This document shows, one piece after another, positions 57,143 to 64,000 of a stretch of DNA of 64,000 bases (its first letter is position 1; every line of letters begins with the position of its first letter). Made by a program: the position numbers and the translations under genes. This stretch comes from Poseidonia sp. (lineage in GTDB: Archaea; Thermoplasmatota; Poseidoniia; Poseidoniales; Poseidoniaceae): positions 128,001 through 192,000 of the forward strand of contig CBFIDD010000002.1 in the NCBI GenBank assembly GCA_965661285.1, given 5' to 3'. The notes under the pieces are model-generated. The model saw nothing but the letters and a program-made list of their open reading frames with translations. It ran no database searches and was not told the origin of the DNA.

Positions 57143-58555
57143 TCACACCTTGAATCGTTTCTGAGCGTCGGCAACCTTCTCCTTCATGCAAAACAACACG
57201 AGACGGTCGTTTTCGAGGAGGAGTTCGTCAGGTTCGGGTGCGATGGACTCCCAAGAACCTCCGATGTTTCGGCGCTTGATGAAGGCAGGACGCATCCAAT
57301 CAGGGAACTTGGCATCGGCCACCTTTTTGCCGGCGAATTTTGCTCGTTCGGTCACTTTGAGCGTGATGCCAACGACGTTCGGTAGTTCAGCCAAGAGGGC
57401 GTAATGGCCCGAAAGGCTGCGATGGACATGGGAGAGGATGTTGTTCACGGCGACACGATGGCGGTCCACGGCGAAGGAAATGCCCATGCGCTGGGTGACC
57501 TTTACCAAATCAGCATCGTAGAGCATGAGACCCGTGTGAGGTACACCCAAATCCGACATCAACAGCACCGCAGCGATGTTGGCGTGGTCGTCGTCCAAAG
57601 CGCTCAAAGCGACATCAAAACCATCGATTGAAATTTCTTCAAGGACGTTTTTGTCCAAGTGGTCTCCGTGGATGACGTCAATGTTGACGTTGCCACCCAT
57701 CTTTGAGCCTGCCAACTTGTTGGCGAGGTGGAGTTCCCGCTCAAGGACCGTAACGCTTGCCCCGTGTTTCAGCCAATCTTTGGCCATCTTCGTACCGATG
57801 GAAGAGGCGCCAACGATAACGACCTTGGGATTTTCTGGGAAGTAGGAAACTTCGTGGCCGAAGGTGATGAGTGCAGGATTGAATTCATCAAGACCGATCA
57901 CAGCTACAGCCAGTCGGTCGCCCACTTCAAGCACGCTCTCGTCGTTGGGAATGAAACTGCGCTGGCCGTCTCGTTTCACCCCAACGATGTTCGGGAAACG
58001 GTGAACGAAATCATCCTTGATGTCGCCAATCGGTCGCCCAACGATACTACGTGCCGTTTCGCCGATGTCAAATTCAATGACATAGGCATCATCACCGAAC
58101 GGGATGACCTCCTCGATATCGGTCGAACGCAGTCCTGCATTCAATCGTTGAATGGCGCCTTGGAGCGGATTGACGACATGGTTCACTTTGGCCCATTCAT
58201 TGAGATGGCCGTTGTTAAATTCTTCAACATAAGTGGCGTTTCGCAGACGACAAATGCTGGTCAATCGGTCTTCACCGCCGTTGGTCTCCTGTGCGTGTTC
58301 TGCAATCGAACAAGCGATGAGATTGATTTCGTCGGATGGTGTTGCGGCAACAAAAACACTGGCGTAGCCAATGCCAGCTTCCAAAAGCGTTTCGCGTGAG
58401 GTGATGTTGCCGTTGACCACCAGGCAGTCAAGCGACTGGGCGTTGGCCACCGCCCTTGAGTCGTTATCCACGATCACGATATCGTATTTTTCATCGGCCA
58501 AGGCTTTCGCGAGCGCAAATCCTACTCGCCCAGCACCACCAATAATGACACGCAT
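57143..58555 (-). CDS. trkA: Trk potassium uptake NAD-binding protein
   Basis: Two RCK units (GAGRVG; GASSIG); adjacent to trkH. Confidence 0.9.
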   Translation of the reverse strand: MRVIIGGAGRVGFALAKALADEKYDIVIVDNDSRAVANAQSLDCLVVNGNITSRETLLEAGIGYASVFVAATPSDEINLIACSIAEHAQETNGGEDRLTSICRLRNATYVEEFNNGHLNEWAKVNHVVNPLQGAIQRLNAGLRSTDIEEVIPFGDDAYVIEFDIGETARSIVGRPIGDIKDDFVHRFPNIVGVKRDGQRSFIPNDESVLEVGDRLAVAVIGLDEFNPALITFGHEVSYFPENPKVVIVGASSIGTKMAKDWLKHGASVTVLERELHLANKLAGSKMGGNVNIDVIHGDHLDKNVLEEISIDGFDVALSALDDDHANIAAVLLMSDLGVPHTGLMLYDADLVKVTQRMGISFAVDRHRVAVNNILSHVHRSLSGHYALLAELPNVVGITLKVTERAKFAGKKVADAKFPDWMRPAFIKRRNIGGSWESIAPEPDELLLENDRLVLFCMKEKVADAQKRFKV

Positions 58556-58571
58556 GCATTCATCACCTCAC

Positions 58572-60149
58572 TCACAATATTTCAGGATACATCTTGACCT
58601 TGTATGTGCCACCATTCAGCTCAACGGCGCCAAAGGTTTCGTAGCTCTTGACTCGATCAAAATCGCACGGCTGTGAACATGAATCAAACGGATAGTAATA
58701 GCGATTAACCAATCTTCCTGAAGCATCGGCTTCCTCGACCCAGTCCACATACGCAGTCGGTGTTGAGAGGAGCCATTTGTTGTTCACCACATCGACTTGG
58801 GCCTCAACAAAACAGGTCTGGAGAACGATTTTTCGCTCTTCGCACCAACTGTCTTTCAACGGAAGCTGGATGTAGCCCCAGGCGTGGGCCTCCCACCCTT
58901 CGTTGGAAAAGAACGGGTCGCCCAGCACACCAAAGGCGTACCAACCTGGAACGCCCCGGGTTCTCAGGATACTGAAGAACGCATTGGTTTGTTCGTCGCA
59001 ATCACCTGTTCCAGCAGCAAGACAGGCAGGACCGGAACGGGCCGGACTGGGCGCCTCACGGTCGTAGGAAACATAGGCGTGCAGATAATCGAAGGTCGCC
59101 CGAGAAAAAGCGTAGGCATTCTCAGAACTGCCCTCTGGCAGACTCGAGGCGATGGTGTCGGCCGTGGCCATGACGATAGCATCCTGCGCATTGATGGCAA
59201 AGCCTGCCCCGGGGCCGCGGTCGTACCACAGGTTGCTTCCAAATTGACCTTGTCGGACCCCGTTCCCTCGCTGTGCCAAGTCGTCAAAGGTCCCAGAATT
59301 CTCGACATTGATGCCGGTTTCCTTACCAGCGATTCGTGCGTCCACACGCCCCTCGTCCCACCAAGAGTATGACGTTGATTGCATGTGGAGGTTCAATGTA
59401 TACCGTACGTCGCCAGCCGATAGGAAATTGGTTCGGACCTTAATGCACTTCGCAAGCGGGCACTGCTCGTCGCCATCACCCACCGATGGCCACCACACCT
59501 CATGCCCACTTGGCGTCGTGATGGCGCTTGCGTAATCGCGGTCAGGCATCCCATCCAGCGGGACATTGATGTCTTGACCGTCGATAGAAAGCGTGATTTG
59601 AAGCGTCTGTTGAAGGGTAACAGGCGCGATCTCATCCGTTCCATCCGTGTAGGCAAAAGCGGTTGCACCGGTGAGCGTGGACTGAACCGTGGGTGGAATC
59701 AGGATGTTTTCTGTTTGGGAGGACGGGCCATTGGCGGTCAGATCAGAAATCTTGGAAAGCGTGTACGTTGCTTCGTTTGGATAGACGTGATATGGTGCGA
59801 GTTGGGATTGAAGGAATTCCTCAATGCCACCGAATTCTCCAAACACAGCCTCTTGTGCCTGTGGAGAGAGCATGACAAAAGCCACAAGTCCAAGCATGGC
59901 GATGCTTCGAAATCGGTTCTTTCGCCGTCTCATAATGTTGCGCTGCCGACCGGTGTGGGTTTGAACAACACCCCGCTGGGACGGCTTGGCGGCCATTTTG
60001 TAGGTGGTCTCTTTGTTTTTCTTGGATTTCGCAAATTGTTGCTCGAGCCGATAACTCCCTCGGTCGCCTTTCGGGAGAACACGACCGCAGGAATAGCAAA
60101 TCGTGTCGCCCGGCAGTGACGCACTGCGACAGTAAGGGCAAGCACCCAT
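58572..60149 (-). CDS. Membrane-anchored transglutaminase-like protein with N-terminal Zn ribbon
   Basis: CPYC..CYSC, basic stretch, one TM, and GDCDE / HAW / D triad. Confidence 0.8.
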   Translation of the reverse strand: MGACPYCRSASLPGDTICYSCGRVLPKGDRGSYRLEQQFAKSKKNKETTYKMAAKPSQRGVVQTHTGRQRNIMRRRKNRFRSIAMLGLVAFVMLSPQAQEAVFGEFGGIEEFLQSQLAPYHVYPNEATYTLSKISDLTANGPSSQTENILIPPTVQSTLTGATAFAYTDGTDEIAPVTLQQTLQITLSIDGQDINVPLDGMPDRDYASAITTPSGHEVWWPSVGDGDEQCPLAKCIKVRTNFLSAGDVRYTLNLHMQSTSYSWWDEGRVDARIAGKETGINVENSGTFDDLAQRGNGVRQGQFGSNLWYDRGPGAGFAINAQDAIVMATADTIASSLPEGSSENAYAFSRATFDYLHAYVSYDREAPSPARSGPACLAAGTGDCDEQTNAFFSILRTRGVPGWYAFGVLGDPFFSNEGWEAHAWGYIQLPLKDSWCEERKIVLQTCFVEAQVDVVNNKWLLSTPTAYVDWVEEADASGRLVNRYYYPFDSCSQPCDFDRVKSYETFGAVELNGGTYKVKMYPEIL

Positions 60150-60268
60150 GACTTGAGGCTAGGACGGCGTCGTATAACGATTGTCCATGAAGGCCCCCGG
60201 CTTTTCCGGATTTCAACCGTGGAATTATGGCCATCAAAACGATGTCTTGCGCTGAAGTGAGATGATAC

Positions 60269-61051
60269 TCACTCTTCCTCAACACTGGACTTACCGTTCG
60301 AAGCGCCCGTTGAGGCTGAACGTTCTCGGGCTTGTTCGGCCCAAATTCTGCGCAATCTTCGTCGCCCCTCTTTTGGAACCGATTCCCAGATCCATGTTTC
60401 GGCGTTGGGGTTGGCCAAAATGACGAACGGCAGGATGAACACCCATCCCTCCGGGTTAAACACAACAAAGTACAGACCAACCAACAGCGCTGCTCGCCAG
60501 AAGGCTGACCGGAGAACGGCGCTCCAGCGCCGGTCTTGAAGCATCATGTAGCCATGACGAGCGGTGATCAGCGCCTCAGCACGGGGTGCGACCGTCGAAA
60601 TCAGCGCGATGTTGATGAGGCCGAGAGGAGAGAAGATGTTCTCAAATTCAAACATTCGAAACATCAACACCATCGCCGTCATCCCGCCTATGGCCAGGCC
60701 AAGGGCCCAACCGCTGGAGGGTTGCGAGCCACCCTTACGAACCCGCTTTCGTCGCAGAAGCAAGTGCGAGAACACCGAGGCAAACATCACGACCATCATG
60801 AGCGAGATGACATTCAGACCGGTGTAGACCCCATCGTTGGTGGTCACCGTGGTGTAGTAAGGACGGAAAAGCATGCCATCGGCCATGACGGCGTACACCC
60901 CACCCAGCACGATGCCCCAAAAAACCTGGCTCCATGCCGTTGGTAAGTCGTAAAATCCAGCAAATTTGGTCATGACACCACGCCAGCCCAAGGTCATGCC
61001 GATGAGCGCACAGAAACTCGACAGCTGAAACAGCACGAGTTCTGAAACCAT
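60269..61051 (-). CDS. Multi-pass membrane protein of unknown function
   Basis: About 7 hydrophobic segments and a basic C-terminal tail. Confidence 0.65.
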   Translation of the reverse strand: MVSELVLFQLSSFCALIGMTLGWRGVMTKFAGFYDLPTAWSQVFWGIVLGGVYAVMADGMLFRPYYTTVTTNDGVYTGLNVISLMMVVMFASVFSHLLLRRKRVRKGGSQPSSGWALGLAIGGMTAMVLMFRMFEFENIFSPLGLINIALISTVAPRAEALITARHGYMMLQDRRWSAVLRSAFWRAALLVGLYFVVFNPEGWVFILPFVILANPNAETWIWESVPKEGRRRLRRIWAEQARERSASTGASNGKSSVEEE

Positions 61052-61140
61052 GGAGGGCCCTGCGTGCTTCCCTTCATCAATTCGTTGGCGTTTGATAGGG
61101 CGAGGGAGGGATTCAAACACTTCCACCGATTCCGCCATCC

Positions 61141-62397
61141 ATGGCACGACTCCTGCTCTTCGGCGGAAAAGGTGGTGTTGGGAAAACGACCACGTCGTCG
61201 GCAACCGCTGTTTGGCTGGCCGATGCTGGACTCAAGGTCCTCTTGGTGTCCAGCGACCCTGCGCATTCAACATCTGATTCGCTTGACGTGCAACTTGGTC
61301 CTGTCCCTGTTGAGGTGGATGGCGTCCCAGGACTGTACGGTCTTGAGATGGACCCCGAAGCCAAACTCTCGAACCTGCTCCCGAAGGTCGGTGAAGCGAT
61401 GAACAACATGGGTTCGGGTGGTATGGGCGGTTTTGGCGGACTTGGGATGATGCTTGACCCGTCGGCAAAGGACGAACTTTCCGAGATGAAATCCGATATC
61501 AAAACCGCCGATATGATTCTTCCTGGACTTGACGAAGCCCTCGCCTTCGATGAGTTGCTCAAGCACATGGAAAACCCGAAGTGGGACGTGGTGGTGTTTG
61601 ACACCGCTCCCACCGGCCACACCCTCCGCTTTCTTTCACTCCCGGAACTCATCGAGGCCTGGTCGGGCCGACTTTTGCGATTGATGCGGGTCTCCGGTGG
61701 TCTGCGGTCAATGCTGTTTGGTCGCAAGGAAAGCGACGCCATGAAGGAGGAACTGGAACGGTTCCGCCGGCGCGTTCTTCACGTTCGCCGCGTGCTCAGC
61801 GACCCTGCCACCTCGTCGTTCACGCTCGTCACCATTCCCGAGCGAATGGGCATCAACGAAACGCTGCGGGCCTACGAGTCACTCTTGGAGTACAACCTTC
61901 CCATCGGTGGATGTTTGGTCAACCGAATCACCCCTGAATTTGATCATGAGTTTTTGCAAAAACGCCGAGCGCAAGAACTCGACCGCATCGCTGAACTGGA
62001 TGCGAACTTAGCAGGCGTGAACGTCGGCCAACTCGAATTGGCCGACAGTGAGATTGTTGGTGTTCCCGCCCTGCGGGAAATTGGCAAATTACTCTACGGA
62101 GAGCCCAGCGAACTGCCATCTGAAATCGGACCTCACGCCATTGGTGATGTCCTGCACCATGAGGTCCATCGCGGCATGGTCGCTGAAGTTGAAGACGACC
62201 ATGAGCGAATCCGCCTTCACTTCCCGGGGCTGGAGCGAAGCGACCTGTCGTTGCGCAGTGAGGACGGCGTCCTCTTCGTCGGCGTCAACGGTCGAGAACA
62301 GGCGATTCCCACCGAAACGCACGTCAAATCAAGCCTCGTCAAAGCCTCCCTGGAAGGTGATGTTCTGGTGCTGCTCATCCCACGCACGTCCTCCTAG
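61141..62397 (+). CDS. ArsA/Get3-family ATPase with C-terminal HSP20-like domain
   Basis: GKGGVGKTT, SSDPAHS, PGLDE, DTAPTGHTLRFL and C-terminal alpha-crystallin-like strands. Confidence 0.88.
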   Translation: MARLLLFGGKGGVGKTTTSSATAVWLADAGLKVLLVSSDPAHSTSDSLDVQLGPVPVEVDGVPGLYGLEMDPEAKLSNLLPKVGEAMNNMGSGGMGGFGGLGMMLDPSAKDELSEMKSDIKTADMILPGLDEALAFDELLKHMENPKWDVVVFDTAPTGHTLRFLSLPELIEAWSGRLLRLMRVSGGLRSMLFGRKESDAMKEELERFRRRVLHVRRVLSDPATSSFTLVTIPERMGINETLRAYESLLEYNLPIGGCLVNRITPEFDHEFLQKRRAQELDRIAELDANLAGVNVGQLELADSEIVGVPALREIGKLLYGEPSELPSEIGPHAIGDVLHHEVHRGMVAEVEDDHERIRLHFPGLERSDLSLRSEDGVLFVGVNGREQAIPTETHVKSSLVKASLEGDVLVLLIPRTSS

Positions 62398-62452
62398 GGC
62401 GTGCAGACCCAACAGGGCATGGTTTGAAATGGGTCAACCATAACGCCCTTCC

Positions 62453-63823
62453 ATGGCACTAGAGGGCTTGTCGCGAGGCATCTTCCGCTCGCTGGGCCTG
62501 TTGAAGAACAAGCGCAAGTTGGACGAGGAAGAACTGCGCGAAATGACACGGAGCCTCCGTCGAGCCCTCCAAGAAGCGGATTTCAACATCCGCCAGACCA
62601 AGGAGATCGTCGACCGTCTCGAGACACGCATGCGGGAGGAGGAACCACGACCCGGCTTGACGATGCAAACCCACGCCATGAACATCCTTTACACCGAACT
62701 GGTTCGAATCCTCGGCCCACCAACGACGTTCCAGCCCAGAGGCGCCACGCTTCTCCTCGTCGGCCTTTACGGTCAAGGAAAAACCACAACAACGGCCAAA
62801 CTGGCCGAATGGTACCGCAAGAAGCACGGTCTCCGTGTGGCCGTCATTGAAGCGGACGTTCACCGACCAGGTGCCTACGCCCAGCTTTCTCAACTTCTTG
62901 AGGACACCAGCGTTCAAGTCTACGGAGAGCCCGAGAACAAAGATGCTGTGTCCATTGTGAGGAACGGCTTACAAGCCTGTGCCTCTGCAGATTTGGTCAT
63001 TGTTGACACCGCCGGCCGCCACCAACTTGACGAGGAACTCGTGGAGGAACTCGAGCGCATCGCCGGACTCACTCGAGCAACCGACCGTTGGTTGGTCATT
63101 GACGCCCAAGTGGGTCAAGCCGCTGGTCCGGTGGCTGCTTCGTTCCACTCGTTGGCCGGTGTGACGGGCATCGTCATCACCAAACTCGACGGTACGGCTC
63201 GCGGTGGTGGCGCTCTCTCGGCTGTGGCCGCCACCGGCGCACCCATCGTTCACATCGGTGTAGGCGAACGTATTCAGGACTTGGAGAAGTTTGAGTCGGA
63301 CCGCTTCATTTCTCGCTTGCTCGGCATGGGCGACATCCAGGGCCTCATCGATTTGGCGCCCGAAGACATGGACCAGGAAGAGGCCATGCGCTTGACGCAG
63401 CGCCTCATGAGCGGTCGGTTCACCCTTAACGACATGTACAAGCAGATGGAGATGATGTCCAAGGTTGGCACGATTGACAAATTGATGTCCTTCCTCCCCG
63501 GTAGCATGCTGGGCGGCATGGGCGCCATGTCCAAGAGCCAAAAAGAAGCGATGCAGGCCAATCTTGACCGCTACCGCACCATCATGGATTCCATGACGGC
63601 GTGGGAAAAGAACGAACCCGCGAAGATCAAGGCCGACCGCATCCGTCGTATTGCCCGAGGCTCGGGTGTGCGAGAAAAGGACGTACGCGAACTCATCGGT
63701 CAGTGGAACCGTTCACGCAAGATGATGAAGGGCATGGGCGGCAACCGTAAATTGAACAAGCAAATGCGGAAGATGATGAAAGAGGGCGACATGGACATCG
63801 ACCCGTCCTCCTTCGGCATGTGA
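62453..63823 (+). CDS. srp54: Signal recognition particle 54 kDa protein
   Basis: GLYGQGKTT, DTAGR, TKLDG, SRLLGMGD and Met-rich M domain with RIARGSG. Confidence 0.96.
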   Translation: MALEGLSRGIFRSLGLLKNKRKLDEEELREMTRSLRRALQEADFNIRQTKEIVDRLETRMREEEPRPGLTMQTHAMNILYTELVRILGPPTTFQPRGATLLLVGLYGQGKTTTTAKLAEWYRKKHGLRVAVIEADVHRPGAYAQLSQLLEDTSVQVYGEPENKDAVSIVRNGLQACASADLVIVDTAGRHQLDEELVEELERIAGLTRATDRWLVIDAQVGQAAGPVAASFHSLAGVTGIVITKLDGTARGGGALSAVAATGAPIVHIGVGERIQDLEKFESDRFISRLLGMGDIQGLIDLAPEDMDQEEAMRLTQRLMSGRFTLNDMYKQMEMMSKVGTIDKLMSFLPGSMLGGMGAMSKSQKEAMQANLDRYRTIMDSMTAWEKNEPAKIKADRIRRIARGSGVREKDVRELIGQWNRSRKMMKGMGGNRKLNKQMRKMMKEGDMDIDPSSFGM

Positions 63824-63839
63824 TGTTGGACGTGCTGCC

Positions 63840-64000
63840 ATGAGACTTGAATGGCCCGTCTACGTCTTCACGGCTTGCGTTTTCCTGGCCTTCGCCCTTG
63901 GCGTCCAATTCCTGAACCTCGGCACCGGTGCTGTGGTGGGTTTGTTCGTCCTGCTGACCGTGGCCTATGGGTGGGTTGCCTGGGTGATGATCAAGCAGAA
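63840..64000 (+). CDS. Partial small membrane protein (runs off the window)
   Basis: Open frame MRLEWPVYVFTACVFLAFALG... with two hydrophobic helices. Confidence 0.45.
   Translation, partial: MRLEWPVYVFTACVFLAFALGVQFLNLGTGAVVGLFVLLTVAYGWVAWVMIKQ

Noticed and set aside
61141-62397. Arsenic resistance ArsA
   Set aside because: Single ATPase domain, no metalloid-binding Cys pattern and no arsB/acr3/arsD/arsR nearby.

Overview
This is a gene-dense archaeal core-genome segment, most consistent with Thermoplasmatota Marine Group II (Poseidoniales). That assignment is inferred from archaeal EF-2, the exosome, TiaS, an archaeosortase and an IDI1-GGPP synthase fusion. The window holds about 57 CDS and two tRNAs (Gly-CCC, Arg-CCG). 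I see no CRISPR array, rRNA, transposase or integrase. Main blocks: futalosine menaquinone genes (mqnE-mqnA-mqnD) coupled to a half-size DOHH-like HEAT protein; a P-type ATPase and an OPT transporter; non-oxidative pentose phosphate genes; a MamK/salactin-like actin behind an unknown multi-domain Zn-ribbon/TerB-like gene; isoprenoid genes (thiolase with DUF35, IPK, IDI-GGPPS, UbiD); a rearranged str operon; the proteasome-exosome superoperon; a large lectin-like surface protein; a 1760-aa Lhr helicase; Trk; and a Get3/HSP20-domain ATPase next to SRP54. The best candidates for undescribed systems are the actin-partner pair, the half-DOHH, the Get3d-like/SRP54 locus and the Lhr with a duplicated glycosylase-like tail. 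All calls come from motif recognition by eye, with no database searches. Several start codons were trimmed from the ORF track by judgement.
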